Shown: positions 53,206 to 64,000 of the stretch, in pieces
Position numbering within the stretch: the first letter of the stretch is position 1
Layout: each line of letters opens with the position of its first letter
Assembly (NCBI GenBank): GCA_050084985.1
Contig: JBITNC010000001.1
Span: 71,796,001 to 71,860,000, forward strand
DNA from: Nageia nagi
Lineage: Eukaryota; Plantae; Pinophyta
Reading direction: 5' to 3'
DNA: 64,000 bases
Notes under the pieces: generated by a model
The model's database searches: none
What the model was told of the DNA's origin: nothing
Seen by the model: only the letters and a program-made list of their open reading frames with translations
Position numbers and translations under genes: made by a program

Positions 53206-54985
53206 AATATAAATAAAAATACAAGGTTTATGGAAAATGTTATGTCTTTTTTAAGATCCCTATAAATTGGGTTTATTACAAAATATCCTCTTAGAGGATG
53301 TTTTTCCCACTTCAAGAGAGAAAATAATAAGAGGGTGAAGTGTTCAAAGTGAGATCCTAAAATGGGTTCATTAAATACCAAAATTCAACTCTATTAATAA
53401 ATTATGTAAGGAGTTATATGATCTCTAATGATGTGAAGAATCTTCTAAAGCTATACTGAAGTTTATTAATGCTCTAACAACTAGAAAATACCTTTACCAA
53501 TATGTAGTGTAAGAATAGAGTTCTATGAACATTGGCCTGATTGCTAATATTAGAAGCATAAAAATGATTCACAATTCATATTTTGATAGAGGTGAAAGAT
53601 AAATTTCCAATGAGTACTTATACATCTCAAACATATGGATAGATCTTCAACAATATGCATTTGAAGTTAGGTTGCCAAGCTCCTATAATTGTTATGACCA
53701 AAGAAATGTGATGACTAATGTAAATGTAATGAGCAAGTTATCAAATAAACTTTAAAATTTTTTACCTTATGCTATATGATTATAAATTTATGAAGATACA
53801 TTTCCAATGATGTATATCATAGCCAAAATGGATAAGAAAATCTCTAGCAAATTGGATTTGAAGTTGAGATCGCTATGATAATTTTGGTCACCAATTGATT
53901 GTGTTCTAATGATAAGGTTACAGCAAATATTGTAACTTTAGTGATTTTAGAGACAAGTGAGCATGTAAATATGGTTTTAAATTTGGATAAGTCAATTTTC
54001 AAATATGAAATACCCATAATGTAGAGCAAAGAAACTTTGGTGAATATGGACATAAGGAAACTTGTCACTATAATTTCTATAGTTGATGATGCACCAGTGG
54101 TAAAAAAATGTACATAACTTTGGAATTTATCAAAGGATATGCCAAGTGTTATATATGGTTGGAAAGATATGAAGACTTATTTCAAAATATTCAAGAATAA
54201 AACTCAAGAATATTGATAAATATTCTAGCAATTACTTGTAACATAAAAAGCTTATCAAATATAGAAAATGTATGGATTGAGTTTGACTCTGCATTGGAAA
54301 AAATATGGGTAGAAGTGGCAGATACGGGGACAACTATCAATAGTATGGATTGATAATATAACATTAGAAAAGGTGTAAAAACACCTTTCCAAATACAAAA
54401 TAATCATAATTAAATGACATATGAGGAGAAAGCAATGACTCCCAAAATCTTAATATTTTTATTATGGGAAAACATAGTAAACATATTATTCTACATGATG
54501 AACACACAAAATGAATAGAATGGGAAAACTTAGTTTATGAATACCAAATATGATTGGAATATTCCATATATTACTTTAATAAATTTTAAAACTTCTTCAG
54601 ATAAAAGATTACATGCTTCAAATATTCACATACAAAATTATGTTGGTTTAGTGTTACTATGAAACCCAACATTGCCATGCACCAAATGGATGTGCAATGA
54701 TATTTAGTGGTTATAAATATATGTACCACACTACTACTATAAGGATCAACAAAATCATTAGTTAGGTATATCTCAAGGATATCCAATGAATCCATGAAGG
54801 ATTGGACACCTCTAAGGCTATTGTTATCTCTCTATTATGAATCAAAATCATTCATTTGTGGATCACCTTTATATTCAATTGTGCAATTGGATGACATTCA
54901 TTAGATTACATCTATATAAGTTACTTTTAGTTTAGGATAAAAGATATTCATGATTTCATTAAGCACTCTTGGGTTATTTTATAGT

Positions 54986-55215
54986 AAGCATGCACCTCTC
55001 TCAACATTGTAGGTATATGAGACTCTAGTTAAACTACATTGAAGGTACAATGATTTTAACTAGATCAAATAAAGCATACACCTCTCTCAACATCATAAGC
55101 AGAGGAGGCTCAGACTGAGCTACATCAAAAGTGTAGTGACTACAAAAAGCTCAAAGAAAGCACATACTTTCTAAACACCATAGGAGAAGGAGATTTTGGC
55201 TAAGCCATAATGATG
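54986..55215. repeat. Degenerate ~85-bp tandem repeat (~2.7 units), probably part of an LTR relic
   Basis: AAGCAT(G/A)CACCTCTCTCAACA at ~54987 and ~55072, and AAGCACATACTTTCTAAACA at ~55158. A minus-strand CCTATAAAGG box follows at ~55259-55268. Confidence 0.7.
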
Positions 55216-55549
55216 ATTAAGAAGTTTTTTTAAGCTATTATACAATGAGGGATACCATCCCTTTATAGGCAAAGGTAACATCAATAATACACATAATCCA
55301 TATATAATAAGATAAAAAAAAATTATGAACATCCATCCTTTACAATAGAAAATAGATTTGATCATAATAAGATTAGATTAAGAATATTTGATCACACCAA
55401 AGTTAGATTAAGAGAATTAAATACCCAATGATAATATAAGTATTGTATACAATTGTCTATCAATTATCATTAGGAGTTGATGATCGTTGGAGGAGACTAC
55501 CACTATAGGAGGTCGATAGTTGTTAAGTGTTGAGGATATTTTCATGGAA

Positions 55550-56900
55550 TTGTTGGAGGATTAATGTCTAGGATATGGATTTTATTGTAGCTAAAAAGTG
55601 TTATGGAAATTATGCTTATCCACATGAAGGGTTTTTTTGAAATTTTTTATCGGATCTCTTTTATGTTGCTATAGGAGGAGTAAGCATTACAAGTTGGAAT
55701 GTAGGGATGCACTAGTAGAGATTCACATCCTTTTTTTTAAAATATTTCTCTATGATGTGGAGGATGACATGAATCTCTAGTTTCTTTCATAAAAGTTAAA
55801 AAAATTCTAATATTAAATTAAGAAAATTAAATTTCTTTCAAGGGGATGTTGTCCTTGTCCATATCATCACCCTAACTAGAAGCAAGTTGGATATGAGTAA
55901 GGAGATGAGACTAATCATGCTACATGAGTATCATTAATGGATGGAGCACCCTAGCCCACTACTAGAGAATATGGTGTTGACATATTCTATCCATCATACT
56001 AACAAGAGGAGCATGCCCCTGCATCATTGAATCACTTATGCACTAGTGAGGGATAGCGCCAATGGCAGTATGCAAATAGCTCCATGGAAGGTTCTACATT
56101 TTTGAAGATTGTCATTTTCTTAGATTTCAAGATATGGAATAGTAAGATGACTTTGAAAATTTTCCAAACCTTCTATAAAGTAAGGTTAAGGGTAAAAGTG
56201 TCGCTGGATCATCACAAAAGGGACACCTAAAAGATAAAAAAACATACATATGACTATGGATCATTACAAAAAAGATACTTAGGTTCAAGGATTTCTAAAT
56301 GGTGTAAATGAGAGCTAAGGAAATAACCCTAATTTAAAAAACCCATATACAAAGGAGTTTTTGGTTTCAAGATATGAATCGTAGGATGATAAAAAATAAA
56401 ATTTCCATTGTGGATGTTGAGAGACAAGATCCTATTTTTAGTTAAGGTGAGATACAATGGATGAAGATGATGAAAGCCAAGCATAATCAAGAGAACCTCT
56501 GTAATTGAAAAAGGGGGTATCCACATACCAACCCCATTATTTACAATATGGTTTCTAAGATTGCAGTCCTATTTTGTGCAACATAGAGAAAGTAATAAGC
56601 TTAATAATGGTGTCATATGTAGCTTTATCTACAATAACAAAATGATAAGTTCATTTCAATTCCTCCCAAGGAATCTAATCCTAGGTATTTCAAGTAAATA
56701 GATCTTCAATGAAGATAATACCTCTCTTGAAAAACTTTCATGCATGAATCCATTGAATTTGCATCAGAGGTAAGCCTTTCAAATGAAAGAGATAGGACCA
56801 CTGAATATTAATCTTGTTAGCAAACAAACCCTTATGAAAGCTCTCACCTTTCCATTTGATCTAAGAAACAAGTTGTTGCCATTCTTTTCATATACTCTTG
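55550..56900 (-). mobile_element. Highly decayed LINE (L1) ORF1-like relic
   Basis: Weak DUF4283-style remnants (IH-WKFYF and CIWVF around 56340-56420) only. Confidence 0.35.
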
Positions 56901-57283
56901 ATTTAAAAGAAGCTGAAGATTTTAATGAAGATCAATGAAAGAATTAAAGAAAGAAAATCCATAAATAAGAATTATAAATTTATATTGTATTATTTTTTTA
57001 TTAATAATATAAATTGTATTATTAAAAAATTGAAGTTTTGAAATGTTATACTAAACCTTTTACAGATATAAATTTAAATGCTAAACGAAACATTATTACT
57101 AGGGCACAAATAACTTCACATTTTGAATAGTGTAAACATCTATTATGTAAGATTCCTAAGATAGTCTAAATATTAAAATTATCCTTCAACGTGCCTATTA
57201 TATATAAGATCAACTAAAAGGATTGAATTGGTTTTCACTATTAAAAAATCACACCTTTTTATTTAATTTAAAATTAAAATATA

Positions 57284-58620
57284 TCACACTTGTGATGGGG
57301 TACCTTTTGCACTCGCATTGGTTGCAATTGGGATGCTTTGGCCTTTTGCTCCTTTCTTAGTTTTCTTCCAGCATTTTTCTCTGAGTTTATGATCTTTTAT
57401 GTAACATTCTCCTTTGTTTCTTTTCATGACCCATTTTGGTATTCCTTCCATATGGTTGATGTTTGTATTCAATATTCTTAACTTATGTATTCTATTATTT
57501 CCATTTACTTTCCATATATCTGATAATTATATTTTGAGTATCTTCTTCATTTGACCTCCTTGTTGGTCCTCCATTAGACTGGTCATTTTGGTATGGACTA
57601 GTATCTTTGTCATTTTTATTTCCTTTTTTCTTTTATGATCATGGTGTTTTGTGTATTTCTTCCTATCTTCGACTTGATGCAGAGACTAAACTTCCTCGTC
57701 TTGATTTTCCTTTGATGAGTGAAGTTGTTTACAATATTTCTTCAAGCGACCCACCTGTTAGCAGTTGTAACATCTAAGAGGGAGGTTTTCGTACTCTATA
57801 TTATGTACCCATTCCCTCCAGCTTGATGGAAGTTTGATAGATTTTGGCCATTCAATGGATGTATTCATCCACACAAAAAATGATGCCTTACTGAGGTCCT
57901 CCTGACTCTCCATATTCTTCAGCATTTTCTCCTCAAACACTTGAAATTATCCTATTGCATTCCCAATCTTGAGGAGGGCTTTTTTCCTCCAAAATTCTAC
58001 AGGTAGACCATACAAATTTACCCATACTGGATAGCTAGTAGGTTTTTCAATGAAAGGGTTGAACGTTTTGTGCCATTTCTACATATAAATCCTCCTTTGT
58101 CCATAAAACAATTCTTTTTTATATTTTAAGATCCATTTCATATCATCAAGATTGTTGAAACATACATGAAGAAGTTACAGGGCAAGAGAATGAGCTGAAA
58201 CTCACCATCAATGCTATTTTTTTCTTCTGTGAATTCCAACAAATCATCCATGTGTGGTCTCCTTCCTCTCATTTTACAAATAATATCATTGGAGAGTTCT
58301 TTCAGATTCAAGGCTAGTTCATCCTTTTCTATTCAGAGAGAGATTTGATCCCTCTCCTCCTCCTTCCATTCATTCTCGTACAGATCTTTTCCTTTTATTG
58401 ATGGCTCTTCTTGATGTATTGGAAGGACCACTTCCAATTTGCAGTCTGTTCGCTTCTCTCCTACAGTCGTAGTTACCATTCCATCCATAATCATGGTGCC
58501 CTCTATGGCTTGTGCTGGTGTATCCTCCGTTACTTCTTGCATAGACCTATTCATGATTTCTCATGGCCCTCTCGGTGTGTCCATGGATTCTTGCATGGCT
58601 TCTCGCTTCCATGGCTTCTC
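57284..58620 (-). pseudogene. LINE-1 ORF1 (DUF4283 plus zinc knuckle) pseudogene; ORF2 absent
   Basis: Reads KWHKTFNPFIEKPTSYPVWVNLYGLPVEFWRKKALLKIGNAIG*F...IEYENLPLRCYNC*QVGRLKKYC. The ORF ends at 57284 and is followed by AT-rich non-coding DNA. Confidence 0.88.
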
Positions 58621-59099
58621 GCGTGTATATAAAAAGTGTACATTCACTCATTTAATATATATTTATCAATTTTTTTTTTATATTGTATTTTTATTTTAAT
58701 GATTATGTAGTATTTTTGATATTATTGAAGTGGAATATTTTAATCATCATTTCCATAACATTAAATTTTTTTCTCAATATTAATAACTTATGTTTCTTTA
58801 TCTTTACTATATATTTTCTTATTCTTATCTAATTTCTTTTTTACAATGATAGATATTTAATTTAAATAAAATAACCAATTTCATAATATTTCAATATAAA
58901 ATAATTCTATTTTTACATTATTTTCTACATCTCACTAATATATTCCAATATTTCAAATTTAAAAATACCATAAAACATAACTACCTTATCTAAATATATT
59001 TATTAATTTTATTGATCATTTATCTATTATGTATTTAAAAATAATATGATCATAGTTAACCCTTCTTAATCATAGAAAAAAATACTCTCATTCAATTTT

Positions 59100-59395
59100 A
59101 TCATCCAAGATTATGTGCATATGAACATGTTTAATTATTTATTTGAACAACCAACCAAAACTTATAGTCACCAACATCCTAAAAATGAATTTGTTTGTTA
59201 TTTGATAAAGAAAAAATAAAAGTTTGACATCTTGAACAACTTTACCTATCATTTTAATGACTTTCAAAGTGGGAAAAAATCCTTTTCCTTAATTAAGAAG
59301 AAAAGCCAAATCAAACTAACTTGTAGTTGCACTTGAATTTTGAAAATGGTCTCAACTAGGTTTTGATAATAAGATGTCATTGTCAAGATCACATT
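59100..59395 (+). repeat. Decayed paralog of segment 1520-1740
   Basis: Shares TGTTTAATTATTT.TTTGAACA.CCAACCA.AACTT, AAAAGTT..ACATCTTGA, AAGAAAAGCCA and GTCATTG.CAAGATCACA. Confidence 0.8.
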
Positions 59396-62300
59396 TTTTT
59401 ATAATGTTGAATGCTTAAAAGGTATATAACATGATTTAGATTTGGATTATGCAATATTTTATTATTTTATTTTATTTATGAAGAGGCCATATATAAAATT
59501 AATATAATCACTTTATAATAAAAAAAAACTTATGGATGGATTAAGCACATATCAATAGAAGATCAAATTAATTATGTAGAATAGGAACCAAAAAATAATA
59601 ATATCTCATAAATATAAGCCCTATACCTCACCAAGCATAACAAAAAGTAAGAACAATGAAATCATGTTAGGGTGTGTGTGTGTGTGGAGGAACCTCATCA
59701 TTACCAATGGATCATTAGGGATTAGTTACAAAAGGGACTTGAGCTTGACCATCATATTCTTCTCATCATCATTATCACCCACCCTATTAGCCATGTCAAG
59801 GTCATTAGGCAAGTATCCTAACCACTTGCATGGTGAGAGGAACTAGCTTAAGAGAAATTCTAACAATTTCTAGCTAGTGATAATCATGGGGTGTCACTTA
59901 GTAGAAAATATTCAAAACATGTGCATCCATGAGCTTCTTAAAAAATCTCCTATTTTTAAACTCCACATGGTAAACCCTTATGTAATAAATAATAACCCCT
60001 TTTTGAAACTTACCATTTTATTGAAAAAATTGGATCAACTTTTAATACCCCTTGGTAGTTTTATCCTTTAATATCGTCACCTAGGATTATAGTGGTTCAA
60101 AACCTTTCCAATCAAAACCCTTATCCTCCATTATTTAAAGTTTCCCAAAATGATGACTCCTAAGATGGAGTGAAATGCATTTATTTAAAAAAGTAATATG
60201 CAAAATAAGATCATTTCAAAGTGAAAACAAATGATTAAAATTGAGAATATTTTTGAACTTGGTATTCAACTACCTTACAATGCTATACTTGCACTATCCT
60301 ATCCCATATATAATATATAAGAATTTGCTAAGTTTTGCTAATATAATTTGATATGTCTGTGCTTTACTATATAGCTATTCTTGCTCATATTGTTGAAGTA
60401 TTTCAATTTATTACTAAGAAGGAAAGGCTTCATCTCCCTATTGAATTGGCAAGCCATATTGCATCGCAATATAATATAAAATTAATGAAAAATAATTTTT
60501 TCCTTTGAGGCATATGAAGTGTTGCAGTAATTATTTTTTTGATTGTTAATTTTAACTATTATTATGATCACTATCATTCTGTAGAATTTGAGCCAAAGGA
60601 AGTCTTGCAATTTTTTTTCTAGTCAATCATGTATTTCATTATTTTATGTATTTGATATTATTTGACTCGAAAGTTTTTTTTTACTAGTTATACATTAACT
60701 AACAACCAAGTTGTTTAACTTCAAATAATGAACTGCGAACAATACATCATTAAGATAACACCAGATATTGTTAATGAATAGAGCCTAAGAAGATTATATT
60801 CCATGGTTAATATAAACTACAAGTGCTTTCATCAAGTACCTTATCCTATTTATAAATTTTTTGTTTGAAGTAAAATAACATTTTACATCCCATTCAAAGC
60901 TCATTTTAAGTAATTCTTTATAATTTCTAATGATACAAATAACTTTAGGCAATTCTAATTCATAGGTTGGCAATTCCTATAGAAGAAGTGTGTATAGTGA
61001 AGATGGCGATTCCAAAAGTCAAGAAAAATATTATGGAAAAAAAGGTGATTCCTAAAAATAAAAAATTCCTAAATATAGCATTTCTATTGGACTTTGGAAA
61101 TTAAAATTAGGGTTTACCATTGATCTTTAAGATCATTGATGTAAATTGCTCTCTATTTTGTTGTTGACATTAATTTTTCACATGGTTGACCCTTTCTTTA
61201 TGGTAGTTATCATATGATCCTCTCATACCATTATCTTCAATACTAGTGGGTCATTGATTGATTATATATTCATCTTACTTTGAGTCTGTTATGATAATTT
61301 CTAGAAATGCTACAAATAATTATAAGTGCTATTTAAGAATCTTTGTAATTATACAAAAATCATTATGATATTCTTGAAGAATGTTGTCCTAGTCTACAAA
61401 TGATGGCTTCCCTTTGTAAACTTAAACATGTATTTTTAAAATTATTACTATTTATTTAATTACATGAAAATTTCATTCTCTTGCTTCCCTACTTTTATTA
61501 AGAACCAATAAAATAAAAAAAATAGTATTCATAAAGTTGTAAAATAAATATATATATAATATTAGATAAAAATTTAAATGAATTACTTTTAAATTTAATT
61601 AAATCTAAATAAATAATTGATGATAAAATAATAATTTTTTACAAGTTTTAATGTTGGCATCTTTATATTTATCTTCATCATTCATCCACGTATGTTAGAA
61701 GGTCATCAATATATTCTCATTTAGGCACTCCACCCCCTTTTTCCTTTTCCATAATCAATGATGACCATGACTTAAATAACCCCAAATATCCTTCCAACGA
61801 TACCTCTCTATCCATCTCCCTAACCACAAAATTTCCTTGACCTCCTCCATCGTTGGATGACTTTAAATGGGAAGGGCAATATTGTGCATCCATCAAATAG
61901 GTAATTAATCTTAGGATTCCAATGGAAGCCATGAAATCCTTAAATATGAAATCCACTTCAACACTAACGCTAGGTTTACAGTGTCCCCACATGAAAATGA
62001 ATCCCCTAGGCTTTCATAGAAGGAATTTTACCTAGGAATAGAAGATATCATGTTCAAACACATGGATGGCCATGTCTATCATGATGAGGTATATCGAACC
62101 CTTGCATCCTACCACCAAATAAATATCTTGAATGGTGAGCACAGATGAGGTGAGAGTGTATGTAACCCATAGAAAATTGCAAGCCTATGTTTTGTGAGCA
62201 TGAGACTATTTTTCCTATCATATTGCCCTTCTTCCCTCATCCTATTGAAGCCATTGTTAACTACCAAACTCAGATATTGAATTCAAATAACAAATGGAGT

Positions 62301-63709
62301 TTTTTAAAAATTGAAATAACAAAAGGGGGTTTATAAAAAGAATCTACAGGAGGGTAGTTTTGATTTCTATTGATAAACTCATGTGGATTACCATCCTACG
62401 ATTGAGATTATCTATTTTGGATCATCAACCTATGATCAAGATTGTACATTTCAGATCACCAATGTAGCACTCATTTTATCGCTTAAAATTACAAATGTCA
62501 AAATACTTTAGAATTCCTCCTACTTAGCCATTGATCCTATTATTATTTTCCATTATAGTTAACTAATTCTAAACAGCATTTTCAAGAAGGGAAAATGCTT
62601 TGGGTTGAAGATTGAGCTATATACTCACCAAAATTTGTATCTTATAATTGTACAAGTGGACCTATTGGATGGAAAAAAGTGGATAATGTAATTGGGGTAG
62701 TGATTGAATGCTATAATTACCACTGGATCCTCATAAAAAAAAAACCTGAAGCCTCCCCAAACCATTGCAAAGTTTCATGCCTTCTTGTTGTAGGCTTTGA
62801 GACTCTTCATTGGGGAATAAATTCACCTAATAGTAGTTGGTGGCAAGTTGGTGAAACTTAAATACTCCCCACTATGTTACATATCACTATATTTTATTTT
62901 TATTCATTTGTTAACAAAGACATTAAAAGATTTATTTATCAATCATTTCTATTAGTTTAAATTTTCATTTAAAAAATAATAATTTTCAATAATTTTTAAA
63001 ATAAAAGAGACAAAAAGTGAGTTTATAATAGAAATACACCTTCCACATCCTCATCCACCTTGTCTAACCACATTATTTTGAATGTATATTTGAAAGAAGT
63101 TAAAAATTCTTACACATCCAATTTAAGGTTGGCTTTTCCTGTTATCGCACATTCAAATGCCCAAGTACCCTAATTTCCCTACAACCATGGTTGTATGAGA
63201 ATCCCCCTAATCACATTCCACCACTTTTGCTAATCTAAAATCCCCTAGTTTCATAATAAAACTAGAATCCAACATCAAATTACTCGCTTTGATATCTATG
63301 TGCACCACACATTTATCCCATAAAAAATAAAATATATACATTGAGTCTCTTTTCAACTACTTTATTCTTTGAAGGTTCAAATAGTTTTAGAACTACTTGG
63401 AAAGGATGGTTGGTTATTAAATGATGTATCATTGTCCATGTTTTCTTTCTCTAACATGGAAATATCAAATATTTCACTCTTCTTTGTAGAATCTTGATTA
63501 GATTATTCTCTACTCTAAAATGGACCCAAGTAGGAACAGGATCATTTGTAGAGATTCAAATAAGAATCTAATAGATAATAAGAAGTTAACTAGGTATTTT
63601 AAAAATTACCCAAAATCCTAGTTAACTAGTTCAGCATCCCATTCGGTACAACCCATAATCTAAATAATTAGAAGTAAAAAGGAAAATAATTAGAACTAAA
63701 TTAAAAAAC

Positions 63710-63912
63710 TTTAGGACCATAGTAGGCTACACTTCAAGACTCCAAAATGCTTTAGAACCATAGTAGGATTCACTTTAAGACTCCAAATAGATTCAAAACC
63801 ATAAAAGGATGCACTTTAAGGCTCCAAGAAGCTTTATAACTATAATAGTCTTCATTTCAAGAATTCAAGAAACTTCAAGACCATATTAGGGTTTGCTTCA
63901 AGACTCTTCAAA
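63710..63912 (+). repeat. 41-bp minisatellite, ~5 diverged units
   Basis: Unit approximately TTTAGGACCATAGTAGGCTACACTTCAAGACTCCAAAATGC, repeated head to tail. Confidence 0.9.
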
Positions 63913-64000
63913 ATAGGATTTCTAAGATCAAGTCATAATCAAGTTAAGTGTTTCAATTCATTTAGGTAGTAAATTGATGGTTGGTATCATGGTGCCTACT

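Noticed and set aside
53480-54560. Possible DNA-transposase relic
   Set aside because: The composition is coding-like, but I could not identify DDE, zinc-finger or TIR evidence.
63710-63912. 41-bp (and 85-bp) repeats as a CRISPR-like array
   Set aside because: The units are homologous along their whole length with no unique spacers, there are no cas genes, and the context is eukaryotic.

Overview
AT-rich, strongly CpG-depleted eukaryotic DNA, most likely from a gymnosperm (conifer-like). This is inferred from the TE lineages and the style of the PPR motifs. I found no intact protein-coding gene; the window is a nest of decayed retroelements. In order: (1) a CpG-retaining, locally duplicated, promoter-like region (1-2560), part of which has a decayed copy near 59.1 kb. 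(2) A degenerate Ty1/copia element (5.6-10.8 kb). (3) A plant-mobile-domain (PMD/MAIN-like) relic (11.7-12.7 kb). (4) Two minus-strand PLS-PPR/E/DYW pseudogene regions, the first apparently scrambled. (5) Between them, an 11.2-kb non-autonomous LTR element with ~3.6-kb LTRs, whose 3' LTR holds a poly(A)/TSD-flanked LINE-type insert carrying an unusual extra ORF. (6) A minus-strand Ogre-like Tat element (RT-RH-aRH-INT; 29.6-53.2 kb) containing a plus-strand Tat element with a different order (PR-aRH-RT-RH-INT) and a long extra 3' ORF. (7) L1 ORF1 relics and small tandem repeats. The most notable theme is that three separate TE-context loci carry non-canonical cargo ORFs. All domain calls come from manual translation and motif recognition, not database searches.
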